Positions 1 to 12,888 of a DNA stretch of 64,000 nt are shown piece by piece; the stretch's first letter is position 1; every line of letters starts with the position of its first letter. The notes beneath the pieces are model-generated. The model was not told the origin of the DNA and ran no database searches. It saw only the letters and a program-made list of their open reading frames with translations. The DNA is from Felis catus (lineage: Eukaryota). The DNA lies in assembly GCF_018350175.1 (NCBI RefSeq), contig NC_058368.1, positions 190,838,001 to 190,902,000 of the forward strand. The letters are read 5' to 3'. The translations under genes were made by a program, and so were the position numbers.

Positions 1-49
1 CTTTCTCTCTTAAATTAAATAAATGAACTTAAAAAAAATCCTATCTCTA

Positions 50-545
50 ACTCTCTAGCTCATTTAGGATAAAACCCCAGCCTATCAACATTACCAATAC
101 AGCTTTGGTTGTAGCTGTCATAATCAACTGGTTGTACTCAGCTTGTACAAATTTCCTTTCCAACTGCATTAGCCTTCTTTCTACTCCTCGAACATGTCAA
201 GCTTTAGAACCTTGTGTCCATATTCCTTTGGTTTGAAACATCTTCCTCCTTTCTCTTGCCATGGCTGGCTTCTTTGGGTCTCAGAAATATTCTCTATAAC
301 AACATCTAAATTAGACCCTTCTCTGTCATCTGTTACCATCTCTTCATACTCTGTCTTCTTCATAGCTCTTAAGAACAATTGACATTTGTTTTGTTGTTGT
401 TGTTGTTTTGTTTATCTCCCGGACTAGATTATTAACTCCACGGAACTAAGAAAATGTGAATCTTTGGAAAAATTGTACTTCGAAGCTCATAGTTTCCTGC
501 CCAGCACCCAGGGGGAGCTCAAGACATCTTTGTGGAAAATGTGAA
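50..545 (+). mobile_element. L2 LINE 3' fragment (old)
   Basis: Degenerate L2 3' motifs: gccttctttctactcctcgaacatg...ctagattattaactcc...cccagcacccagggggagctcaa. Confidence 0.55.
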
Positions 546-839
546 CAATTGATTGCCATTAAATTCTGTAGGGCCAGCATGCTTGTGAGAAGGCAAATGG
601 GTGAATACACACTACTACATTACTGCTTCTATTATGCAGAATATGGCCCATCAGGATTTGGCCAGCACTTTGGTATGTGACGAGACAGCAAACTCTGATG
701 CAAAGTAATGATTGATACTTTTTAAACTGATCATGAGTTTAAGGTCCACCAATGCAAAGAAGCATTTAGGGTCTAGGATTATCAAGTGAATATTCAGAGG
801 GAAATAGGCGTTAAATGTGTATTCAAGTGATGTGGCTTA

Positions 840-947
840 GGGGCTCCTGGCTCCCTCAGTTGGTAGAGCATGCAACTCTTAATCTCTGGGTCATGAGTAT
901 AAGCCCCATCATAGATGAAGAGATTACTTAAAAGAATAAATAAATAG
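840..947 (+). mobile_element. Short tRNA-derived Can-SINE (SINEC_c-like)
   Basis: ggggctcctggctccctcagttggtagagcatgcaactcttaatctctgggtcatgagt head, A-rich tail, TSD aagt(g/a)atgtggc. Confidence 0.85.
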
Positions 948-3072
948 AAGTAATGTGGCCTGGCTAAGTGTATACAAACAAAAGGGAAGACGTCTCCTGG
1001 AAGATGGATATCCAAGTACTGTCACAAATATTGGTTGGAGGAAAAAACAAAACAAAAAACAACAACAAAAAACATTTAGTGTATCAGTGACCTTCCTCAG
1101 AAAAAAATTGTAATTCTTACCTCTCCTTTAAATAACTTGCTATTAAATATAGGGATAAATCATAAATAAAATAAATAACAATTATAATATCTTCCTATCA
1201 TCCGAATGCCAAGAATGTGCTAAAGACTGTGCTAAGTGTTTTAGATGCATTTTTTTTCTACCTTATTTGTAGCCATATCAAGTGTGTGATAATTAAACAA
1301 TATGACACCATGGTCAAGGTTATGGACTTGAGAGCTGGGAGTCTGGGGATAAAATCCTAACTGTTTATAAAGCTTTGGGCAAATTAAAAATCTCTCAAAA
1401 CCTGTTACCCACATTTTGAAGGGGGGCTGTACATGTAAAAGAGAAAATGTATTATTCAGTTAATGTTCTACGTGGTACTTATAGGATTCTTGACTCTATG
1501 AGCTCATGTTCACATTTTACAATTGAGTAAAATGAAGCTTTGACAGCTTCAGCAATTTATCTGAGATCTACATTGTCCCAAAGACTATGGTTTTTCCAAT
1601 ATAACTTTATGCCCTTCAAAGGAAATCCATCTTTTGAAATGTGGCAGAGTTGGAACACACAAAAAGAGGGTGACCCACGTGTGCCAAGTCCAGCAGGCAC
1701 ATTTTCCTTTTTTTCCTACAGCCCCCAGAATCACCACTCAACACACAAAGGTTGGACACAAATATGGGCAGTGTAAGTGGGACCTTCTTTGCTATTACTT
1801 AAGAAGGACCGCATGGTGCTCTTTGTCAGGGTCTCCCCAAAGGCTCTGCTAAAGGGCCACAAATTACTATTTTCATTTTTGAGGCCCCTATGGTCCTTTG
1901 CCATAATACACATACCAACTGAGTTTAATACATGAAATTATTAGCTGTTACTTATAGCTTGATTAGAATTAGATTCCAATTAGGAATTACTTAGAAAAGA
2001 ACTAAGAATGGAAAAGAGAAACTGACAAAGATAAAGGGATAGAACAAACCTTGAAAAATGGGGCTAAGGCAGGACACCACAGTAGAAGGCATATCTCTTT
2101 CCAAATTCCTTCCTTCCTTTCCTTCCTCCATTCTTAACCCCCCTTCTTGTTTCCTCTGTCAATTTATTCAATAATAATAATTTATGGAGCACCTGCTCTG
2201 TGCCATAAAACGTATCCAAATGTTTAATACAGTGCTAAACAAACAGAAGGAGCTATGAGACTTTTAAGTGTTACATAAGAGAAGACACAGGGCAAGAAGA
2301 AACAAAGGTGCCTCAATTCACATGAAGTCCCCAAACTTAATTCACATTAAGTTCATAAGCACTTGCTAAGTGCCTGTTCTGTATAAGATACTGGGAACAG
2401 AGCAATCACTGAGCTCTAAGAACAGAGATAAGAGATTGAAATGGCAGGAAACTCATAGGCTATCTCCAGGCAATCATGAAAGGGAAGTCTCTAGGTATAG
2501 GAAGTAAAGGTCACTTTGGACCCTCATCCTTGAATACTCCAAGATAACAGAGTCAGCAAAATAAGGTATCAAAAGAAAGCAACAAACACAAAAGCAAAGC
2601 ATATTCAATTCCAAATTCTGGTCAGTTCTATTGGAAACAACAACTTTTCATTGTAATTTTTCTCATCTGCTCTTGATATACTTGCTTTTTTCCTTTAAAA
2701 ATATAAACTGAATTGCTCTAAATGACATCACCCTAACATCCAGTGGAATTACCTTCTGCCAACCACTTGAGTTTACCTTATTCAAAGGCAGTTACACCAA
2801 ATGAGTTATTCTAAATACATGGGGATCTGAAAAAGCCGAGAAAAATTTATTAACCAAGAATTCCTTCTGGAACTATGCCAAAATAGGCCCATAGAAGCTC
2901 AGCAGCAAGGAACAACATATCATCTTTCAGTTAGTTAAGTCCTACAAGAAAAAAAGCCAGTGTGATTCTCCAGGCCTAGAGCAATGAGAGGGTGAGAAAA
3001 GTCATAAAAGCAGAAACACCTCTTTTCTGGACACTGACATTACTGTTTCACTTTCTACTCACTTGGGCATCC

Positions 3073-3215
3073 TGAGGGAGACACAGAATCTGAAGCAGGC
3101 TCCAGGATCTGACCTGTCAGCACAGAGCCCGATACGGGGCTTAATCTCACAGACCATGAGATCATGATCTGAGCCGAAGTCGGACGCTCAGCTGACTGAG
3201 CCACCCAGGCGCCCC
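3073..3215 (-). mobile_element. Can-SINE lacking its (CT)n/poly-A 3' part
   Basis: gagggagacacagaatctgaagcaggctccagg...gagccacccaggcgcccc. Confidence 0.9.
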
Positions 3216-4867
3216 TTGTAATCTTCTTAATAGAAGCAGAAAAAGCATGTTACAAAATTCAACAACCCCCAAAAAGCAGATATAGACAGACTACACCTCC
3301 ATATAATATAGCACACAGCCAACATCATACTCAATGGTAAAGAGCTGAAAGCTTTTAGATCAGGAATGAGACAAGGATGCACACCCATGCCCCATTTATT
3401 CAACACAGTATTGAGAGTCCTAGCCTTATCAGTTAGATAGGGGGAAAAAAACATAAAAGGTATCCAGATTAAAAAAGAAGTAAAACTGTCACTATTTGAG
3501 GATGACATGATTTGATACATAAAACACTAAAGATTCCACTGAAAAACCATTAGAATTACTAAACAAATATGGTCGTTGGAAGGTACAAAAGCAATATACA
3601 AAACTTGGTTGTGGTTTTATACACTAACAATGAACTACTGGAAAGAGAAATTAGGAAACCAATCTCATTTACTATTGCAAGAAAAAGAATAAAATATCTA
3701 GGAATAAATTTAACTGAGGAGATGTAAGATGATGAAAACTGTAAGACATTAATGAATGTAACTGAAGACACAGATAAATGGAAAAATATTCCATGCTCAT
3801 GACTCAAAACAATTTATATAATTAAAATGTCCACAGTAACCCCAAGCAATCTACAGATTCAATGCAATCCCTATCAAAATTCCAATGGCTTTTTTTTTTT
3901 TTTTACAGTATTAGAACAGTCATAAAATTTGTACAGAGCCACAAAAGATCCTGAGAAGCCAAAGCAATGTTGAGAAAGATGAACACATCTGGAGGCATCA
4001 TGCTTCCTGATCTTAAACTATATTACAAAGGTACAATGATAAAAACAGTCTGGTATTGTCCTAAACATAGATACATACATCAATGGAACAGAATAGAGAG
4101 CCCAAAAATAAACTCAGGCATATATGGATAATTAATTTATTAGGAACAAAGGAACCAAGAATATAAAATGGGAAAGACAGTGTCTTTAGTAGGTGGTATT
4201 GGGAAAACTGGACAGCTATATGAAAAAGAATTAAGGTGGACCACTATCTTACACCATATACAAAAATGAATTCAAAATGGATTCATGACCTTAATGTAAG
4301 AACTGAAATCATAAAGCTCCTAGAAGAAAATATAGGCAGTAAGCTTCTTGATACTGGTCTTGGTGATGGTTATTTGGATCTGACTCCAAAGGCAAGAGCA
4401 AATGAAGCAAAACTAAACAAGTGAGACTAGATCAAACTAAAAAGCATCTGCCAAGAGAAAGAAACCATCAACAAAATGAAAAGGCAATCTACTGAACAGG
4501 AGAAGATATTCTGAAATCATGTTTCTGATAAAGGGTTAATCTCCAAAAAATACGAAGAACTCACACAACTCAGTAATGAAAAACAATCTGATTCAAAAAA
4601 TGGACAGATGATACGAACAAATATTTTTCCAAAGAAGACACACAGATGGCCAACAGGTACATGTAAAGGTGCTCAGTATCACTAATCATCAGGGAAATGT
4701 GAATCGAAACCACAATGATATATCACCTCATAGCTGTCAGATGGCTATTATCGATAAGAAATAACAAGAGTTGGTGAGGATATGGAGTAAAGAGAACCTT
4801 TGTGCACTGTTGGTGGAAATGCAAACTGTTACAGCCACTATGGAAGTTTTTCAAAAAGTAAAGTACA

Positions 4868-5103
4868 GAAGCTCCTGGGTTCCTTAGTTGGTTAAGCATC
4901 CAACTTCATCTCAGGTCATGATCTCATAGTTCGTGAGTTCAAGCCCCGCATCAGGCTCTTTGCTGTCAGTGCAGAGCCTCCTTCAGATCCTCTGTCTCCC
5001 TCTCTCTGTCCCTTCCCCTCTCATGCTCTTTTTTTCTCTCACTCAAATATTACATTTTATGTAACATTAAATTATTTAAATTACATAAACATTAAAAAAA
5101 TTA
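4868..5103 (+). mobile_element. Can-SINE nested in L1
   Basis: gctcctgggttccttagttggttaagcatccaacttc...; flanked by aaagtaca. Confidence 0.9.
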
Positions 5104-5758
5104 AAAGTACAAATATATTATCTACCAATTTCACTTTTAGGTATTTATCAAAAACATGAAAACACTAATTCAAAGATATATATGCACCCCTATGTTCACT
5201 GCAGCATTATTTATGGTAGCAAAATAGGAAAGTCATCTAAGTGTCTACTGATGGATGAACAGATAAAGAAGATGAGGCATATATTTACAATGGAAAACTA
5301 CTCAGCCATAAAAAAGAACAATGTCTTGCCATTTATGACAGCATGGATAAACCCTGAGGGCATTATGGTAAGTAAAGTAAGGCAGGCAGAGATAGACAAA
5401 AACCAATTGACTCACTTATATGTATAAATTAGAAAACAGAACAAATAAACAAAATTCATAGATACAGAGAATATAAATTGGTTACCAGAGACAAGGGTGG
5501 TTGGGGGATAGTTGAAGTGAAGGGGATAAAGAGGTATAACTTCTAGCTATAAATAAGTCATAGGGATGTAACGTAGTACATGGGGACCATAATACAGTTA
5601 TATTAGATTGCATATTTGAAAGTTGCTAAGAGTGTATAAAATTTAAAAGTTCCTACCACAGGAGAAGACATTGTGACTATGTAACAAATGATACCCAGAC
5701 TTATTGTGGTGATTATTTTGCAACGTACATTAATGTCCCATCAAAATGGCATACACCT

Positions 5759-5952
5759 GGGGCGCCTGGGTGGCTCAGTCAGTTAAGCGTCCGACTTTGG
5801 CTCAGGTCACGATCTCATGGTTTGTGAGTTCGGGCCCTGCGTCAGGCTCTATGCTGACAGCTCAGAACCTGGAACCTGCTTCAGATTCTGTGTCTCCCTC
5901 TCTCTCTGCCCCTCCCCTGCTCATGCTCTGTCTGTCTCAAAAATAAATCAAA
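5759..5952 (+). mobile_element. Can-SINE nested in L1 3'UTR
   Basis: ggggcgcctgggtggctcagtcagttaagcgtccgac...; TSD catcaaaatggcata(c/t)acct. Confidence 0.95.
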
Positions 5953-6039
5953 CATCAAAATGGCATATACCTGAAACTAATGTCAATTATACTTCAATTA
6001 AAAAAAAAAAGGTTTCAACCAGGCACCAAACTATAACTG

Positions 6040-7080
6040 ATGTGTGATTCCAAAGTAAGATTTCAGAGCAGAATAAGCAGAATCGATGGAGGAAATATCC
6101 AAGAACACCATACTGTTTCAAGAAGATGCAAAGGTCAAAGGGGTGGAGGAGAGGGCATTTGCAAATAGACAGTTCTGGAGGGGGCTACTTTTTAACCTTA
6201 AGTTCAATAATAAGAGCCTGGAATGAATCCCATCTGAGGTCTTGCCATGGGTGTCCTAGCACGAGAGGGATGTGTAGGTACTGGAGGTAGAAGAGAGCTG
6301 CTAACTCAAAACGAGTGTGTGCTCTCCGAATCTGTCAAGGAAAGGATGTAGATTATTTTTCAGAAATAAGACATGGGCCAAGTGGGAGAGAGAGCTGTCC
6401 TGGTGATATCAGAAGCCCTACCCAAGGGGAGGGAGACAACGTTCTGGGAGACAAGAGGTTTCTGGGTGGAATGGAAGGGGGATGAAGCAGCCTGTCCAGG
6501 AATGGAATGTTTCACCTATTTTTTTCATAGGGGTTGTAAGAGATGCATTGTACTTCCAGGACTGAGAAGCTAAAAAGAATCCAGAAAATGCCTCATGAGG
6601 GAAGAAGTCAGCTTAACCATCTACTACTCCCAGAGGGCACAGAGTCACCCAGACAAGGAACAACTCTCTCACCCTGTACCACCACCACTACCCCAAGAAG
6701 GTTCTAAAACTATAGCCGGCAGCTTAGCAGATCAGAAGGTGAGAGTAGACACAGCTGGAAAGAGTCATGCTCCTCTTCCCCAAAGTAGGAAGCCACCAAC
6801 AAAGGATATCCAGGGAAGAAAACCAAACATTTATTTCCAAATGAGGTTTAAAGCATTGATAAATACCTTAGATGAGATATTTAAAATTGCTGAACTGAGC
6901 CTTTGTCATTTAAAATACCAACACAATGCTTATAATTTTTAAATAAGCAGAAAATCCACTAGGGATTGGCCAAGTTTTCATAGGAGGGATAGAGGGGAAG
7001 ACCACCCCTAGCCTATGTTTCAAAGAAAAAGCGAAGACAAAAATAAAGTTGCATTTTAATTATGAGTTGTGCTTATTTAA
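6040..7080 (+). mobile_element. Possible ancient solo LTR (Gypsy/ERV-like, family uncertain)
   Basis: About 1 kb purine-rich block starting TG, with aataaagttgcatttt near its end. Resemblance only, not aligned. Confidence 0.3.
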
Positions 7081-7269
7081 CAGATCAGTTACCTATTTGC
7101 TCAACAAAGATTTGTTGAGTGCCAAGGGCTGTGATAGACAAATGAATACAATGGTGAATAAATCCTACAACAGGGCTCTTGCCTGCAAGGAGCTCATAAA
7201 GCAGAGGGATGGAATGGGGGCTGCCTTGAAATAGCCTGTTCTCCAAAGCAGATTGATACTGAGATAGAA

Positions 7270-7450
7270 AACACGCTTTGGGATAGTTCATATCTGGATG
7301 TGAATTCCAACCACTCCACATACCAGCTGGAGAGAATTACCTAATTATTTTGCGCTCTAGCTTTCACCTATAAAATGAAGATCAAATGATCTGCCTTTAA
7401 AGACCGCCAAGAGGATTTAAGGAAAATGTATACGAAGTACATATGGCTAA
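7270..7450 (+). mobile_element. MIR fragment (preceded by an antisense L2 tail at ~7085-7200)
   Basis: ctggatgtgaattccaaccactccacataccagctg...ctttcacctataaaatgaagat MIR core. Confidence 0.65.
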
Positions 7451-8699
7451 TAATCCTTTAGAATCAAACAGACAAAATTATGGATATTGCTATTAAATAT
7501 CCCATCATAAAAGTTAAAATGCAAGACTTAGCAGAAAGTATTCTTCCCAAATCACTTGTGTCTCACTACTCATCTTTCTTACACTCTATAAAAAGTCCCA
7601 CTCAACTCACTATAATATTTTTATTTTCTGAACTTTTATTATATAAATAATCAGTGCCATATAATCTAGGATTTAATCATCTCATTTCCTATGCTTTAAT
7701 TGTCTTCTTGCACAAAGTCTTATCTCCCAAATTATATTGTAAGAGCTCACTGAAGACAGGGCAGGCAATAACATTTTGGAGCATTTGCTAGACTACTGTA
7801 GATCTTCAGCAAATAGAATTAAACAGAAAGGACTTAAGTTTTAAAATTTGTCAGTGTCTGAAAATGCAGGCTATTCAGAGCTCCCACTGTAAGCACAAAC
7901 ACAAACAAGGCAGTCTCTGTAATCTCCTCTTAAACTGGCAAATACTCTACTGGCCAAAGCAGAAACACTTCTTGGTACCTGCAAATCACCTTCTGACTGA
8001 AGAGAAACTACTTTTGGTATTGAGGTGGGTTCCATACATTACAAAGACAGGTAGGCGGAGAATAAACTTTCTCAAACAATTCTTCAAGTTGAATTTCAAC
8101 ATGGAATCTTACTGAGTCTGCCGATGGCATTTTGAAAAGAATTTCATTAAATGTTGCTAACATGTCATAAGCTCCCTTAAATGGAAGGGTAATGGCTCAT
8201 AACATTTGTAAGCTTTTTAATTTCATGGAATATGAGCAGCCTAATCAGGACCTATTAAAGTCAATCAACTGTGCCAAGTGGGGCTACCTACCTTTGCTTT
8301 TGTTTCTATTTTTCCTTGTGGGTACACCCCGTGAACCAGGAGGCAATAGCCCCAGTACCATTCTTTAAGGCTAACATTGGTGTGTAATATTCTCAACAAC
8401 CTCTGATGAAACCATCACAGCAGCGTTTGTATGTATGGGTTGGACAGACACCTCTCAGGAAATGGCTTTTGGCTTCTGGGAAAGAGAAATTTCCCTTTCC
8501 ATTTGCTTCAGCTCAGAGAGTGCAATTTTGGTAAGATTCAAAATCAATCTTTTGACCAATGTTAGTGGAATTAATAAATAGAGATGAATATAAGGAACCT
8601 TATTTATATTTTCAATGACAATGGTACCCAAGCTACCAATCCTTCAAGACCTACCTCCAGGTTCTCTTCTATCCTTAAAGCTTTTAATTATAATAGTGT

Positions 8700-8930
8700 G
8701 GGTTTATAGGGCCGAAGTGCCAGGCTGTGCTCTGAGCACCGTCTTCTCATGAAATTTTTAAAATAACTGTATGATACTATAGTTACTCCATATTATGAAG
8801 AGAGAAATTAAAGCTTGAGACATCAAGTATCATGGCCCAAGTTACAAAGCGGTGAGTAGCAGAGCCAAGCTTCAAACTTCATTTTACTCTGACTTTCAAT
8901 CACATGTACTTTGCTACTATGTTGTATTGC
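8700..8930 (-). mobile_element. MIR
   Basis: gtgccaggctgtgctctgagcac...agagaaattaaagcttgagacatcaagtatcatggcccaagttacaaagcggtgagtagcagagcc. Confidence 0.7.
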
Positions 8931-9653
8931 CTTCACGATCACCATGTTTCAAGATTTCCCAAGGGGATGGAGACATTTCCACATAGGGTCTAGAGGAGAG
9001 GAGGTAGGATGATAATCCAGGATAGTTGAAGGCTGTGGAATCAAATAGGGAGAACTCACCCACCACCGTCAAAGAAGAATGTATACGTCAAAGTTGGAGA
9101 AGCAGAACTGAGTCTAATGAACCAGCTCAGGGCAAGGCCACAACAGAAGGATGATTTAGATGTGGGGAAAGCCAAGAGCAATTCAGAAATGGAGTAGAGG
9201 CCGAGCAAAGGCAAGCAGTGTGACACTAAGACTGAACACACAGAAAAGTTAGTTACACCAAGACTGTGAACACATGGGGAAGTCAGAGTTCCACTTTTGT
9301 GCACTGCTGGTGTAGTGTGGGGCACACCAGATGGCTTGACGGAGGTGGGTAGGACCAGACAAGTTCATCATGTAAACCTTCACTGTAAAAAACAACGCAG
9401 AATGATGGACAGATAGATGGTGTCCAAATACAGTGTCTGCATTTAATTACCAATTATACAAAAGATCAGGAAAACAATTCATTTATTCTCTAGCCTGCCA
9501 TTAATGACTACTGGACCAAGAAAACATACAAATTAACAGTGTACATTCTTACACTGACTGCCATGCACACCCACTATAATACGTGAAGGTGAAGAGAGAT
9601 TAGTGTTCATCTTAAAAGAAGAAGAAAATTCTATCCAAAAACACTTACTGCAT

Positions 9654-9875
9654 GGGTGCCTGGGTGGCTCAGTCGGTTAAGCACCCAACTTTGGCTCAGG
9701 TCATGATCTCACCGTTTGTGAGTTCGAGCCCAACATCAGGCTCTGTGCTGACAGTGCGGAGCCTACTTCGGATTCTGTGTCTCCCCATCTCCGCCCACCC
9801 CCACCTCCCTCTTGCGTGAGCATGTGCAAGTTCTCTCTCAAAAAGAAACAAACACGACAGGGAAAAGCAACTCAA
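9654..9875 (+). mobile_element. Can-SINE
   Basis: gggtgcctgggtggctcagtcggttaagcacccaac...; degenerate TSD ctta(c/t)tgca. Confidence 0.92.
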
Positions 9876-12660
9876 AACTCCTTATTGCACTGTAGGGGTA
9901 CTACAGCAAGTATCAGTTGAGGTTCATAAGAAATGAAGGAACGGTTCAAGGAATAAGAATGGTAGTGGGATCTTGTACGTACTTTATTTGAAGAACTTGT
10001 AAGAGAAGTTGAATTTATAATGAAGAAGACAGAATCCTATCTCCAAAGGGGTTCCCAGAGGTGATTAAGCCCTAATGCCCTAAGACATCCATTACATGTA
10101 ACAAATTAATTCTCTCCTATGAATCTACGATGCTACCAGCTATTCGATGAAAAGGAAGAACTGGGGACACAGTCAATTATATTTTCTATGTTCTGTAGTT
10201 TCCCATCAAGAACCAGAGTTAAGAAAGGCCAGATCTTTGGAAATCTGAAATATCTAGAGATCTTTACAACTTTGTATTTGTTTCATTTTGATGGGCTCAG
10301 AATGACGAACTGGTAACTTGTAGTCTAAGTTTCTGGACAAAGTCAGAGCTATAGAACTTAAGATTTGGGGAATATCCTGGCATTTTCCCAGAGTCAGACT
10401 TATTCCGCACATGGATCCTTGGTTATTTCTAAACAGATACTGTAATAACATTCTAACACAAGGCATGGCCAGGGAAAAGTAATGGTGTAGTGGGAGACGA
10501 GTGCCTTGGGGAAAATAATGGCTTCCGAAGGAAGCTGTGACTATGTGAGGCAAGCCTAGAGAACAGAGGCCATCTGAAAGGGACTAAGGAATGGCCAGAC
10601 AGCAGTTGGCAGCAAAAGGAAATAAGACGCTCTCCTTTTCATGCAACTGGCAAGGTTCCTGCATGTTTCTATGGGTTGGAGGGAAAGCAGGTCAGGTAAA
10701 CAGCACTGGCTTACATCTAAGTACCATTTACCATCCAAGGTAATATGCATCCCAGTTGAGAATATGGGTGGTCACGACAACATGGGTTGGAATGTCAGGG
10801 ATGTGTTCTCCATTAACCCTTGTATTTGCTCATCTCTAAAGAGAGGATCAAAATGATAGGTTCCTTCTATGGTTACTATAAAGAATAAAATATAATTTTA
10901 CATTAGAACTGTGGCCGTTAGCTATTACAACATGAGGGCCTAAACACATTAGATTCAAACTCAGCACACATATATGGGCAATTACCATGGGCAGAAATCT
11001 CTGCTAGGTGATTTGGTACCTATGAGTTCGCTTAATCTCCAGAACAGCAAATCTTTTAATAAGTATTAAAGTTACAGATATTCAGTATTAAAAGAACACA
11101 GTGAAAACTTGCATATCCTCAGCAATACTAAAATTGTCTAACCACTCTCAAATTCCTGGTAGCAATTTGTTAGTTCCTCAACAGAATACTCCAGGCATCT
11201 GTAGAGTCTTTTATTCCTCTACTTAGCCTAGCCTCAGTGGTTTTCCTGGCCTTAAGTTTATTGTGTAAGGTTGTGTACATGAAGCCATGGATACTATACT
11301 TTGCGGTGGTGTTAAGGACTTTTCAGGGGTGATTTTCAAGTAGATGCACTTTTTGCCATATGAGCCAACTTAAAAGTCAAAAACAGGTAACCTGCCCATA
11401 TAATCCACATTGCTGGATTCCACACGATAATGAGTCCAGGGGCCAGCTGGGGTTGTAGGAACCCTGACAGAAACAGTTCCCACTACTTCACCCACAGAGG
11501 GTGGGTAATTGTCTTGCACAATCCAGCTGGCACTGGCCATCTTTATATACTAACTCTGATACAATGTCAAATTTGGTTTTCTTTTCATTAAACTTCTTCC
11601 TGTATCTCCCTAACCAGAGTGCTGCTTAGATATGATGAATGAAACATTTTGTGATGCAGTGAACTCTTTGTGGCAACAGTCAAAAGCATGGGGAGGATTC
11701 CACGTCTCAGGAAACTCACACGGGAAGACAAGAAAAACATTATTGAGAATGCTGAGAAATAAATGAAAAACCTCTGTTAACAACATAAGTGAGAAACAAA
11801 CATTGAAACTATACATCTATCCAATGATATGAGTATTCATGTATTTCTCAACTATTAATGGGGGTGGTACTTAAGGATAATTCATCGTTCTGTAACATTA
11901 CTCTCATATTTCTTAACATAACTGTCGGAGCCTTAACAGAGTGCTAAAACCAATCTACACAGTTTAAAATTGGAAAACTGCAATTATCGGGCCATCTGTA
12001 CTTATCTATTACTGTAGAGATGTTACTTTTTATTCCCAGGACTCTGATGTTACAAAATGAAAGCTGTGGCTTATGAGGTAGAGAGAAATCTACCTTATTG
12101 CATAAAACAAGGGGAAAAAACAGAGTAGTCTACTTGTCTCATTTTTTTCAACATGGTGTTTTTTTTTTTTTTAATCAGTCTACTGGTTCTTCTTCTACTT
12201 TCTCCAAAATGCAACAAGTACATCTGCAAAATATTTATTAGTCTTAAAAGCCTCATTTACTTGGTGGACCATTTGGTATTTGCCTAGAGGCAGAATCACT
12301 GCTGATAAAAACAGAATCATTCATGGAAATGGACCGTCCTGCACTCATAATTTAGGCAACTGCCATTTAAAACATCGCTGGTGATAATTTACCGAGCACT
12401 GCATCAAAAAGGCTATGCTCAGCTGCTGATGGGGATCAAAGAATCAAAGTAAAAGGAAGTAGTTGCTTGTATCTTCATATGGCAGACAGGCATTTTTTTT
12501 CCAGCCTCGGAAATTATATCTCCTGAAAAATTATCACCGTTTATGACAAATGAACATTTTTTTTTTAAATTGCGACTAGAAGTGCAACATATCCACTGCA
12601 ATTATAAAGTGCTGGGTATGACAAAAGTTGTCAGGAGAGGAGCATGTTTCGATTGAGGCA

Positions 12661-12888
12661 TTTTTTTTTTAATTTTTTTTTTCAACGTTTATTTATTTTT
12701 GGGACAGAGAGAGACAGAGCATGAATGGGGGAGGGGCAGAGAGAGAGGGAGACACAGAATCGGAAACAGGCTCCAGGCTCTGAGCCATCATCAGCCCAGA
12801 GCCCGACGCGGGGCTCGAACTCCCAGACCGCGAGATCGTGACCTGGCTGAAGTCGGACGCTTAACCGACTGCGCCACCCAGGTGCCCC
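12661..12888 (-). mobile_element. Young SINEC_Fc-type SINE
   Basis: Diagnostic ggcgcagtcggttaagcgtccgacttcagccaggtcacgatctcgcggtc (minus strand), CpGs intact, TSD ttgaggcatttt. Confidence 0.97.

Larger units (their letters stand above)
3216..6010 (+). mobile_element. 5'-truncated L1 (decayed ORF2 RT/C-terminal region plus 3'UTR; L1MA9/L1_Carn-like)
   Basis: ORF2 remnants (YLTPYTKMNSKWIHDLNVR; gcagaaaaagcat..acaaaattcaaca; aatgcaatccctatcaaaattccaatgg), a 3'UTR, and a poly-A at ~6000-6010. Many stops and frameshifts. Confidence 0.93.

Noticed and set aside
840..915. tRNA-like A/B boxes
   Set aside because: Degenerate head of a tRNA-derived SINE with an A-tail and TSD, not a functional tRNA gene.
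3227..5427. Several ORFs resembling reverse transcriptase/ORF2
   Set aside because: Fragments of a decayed, truncated L1 with many stops and frameshifts; not an intact or domesticated gene.
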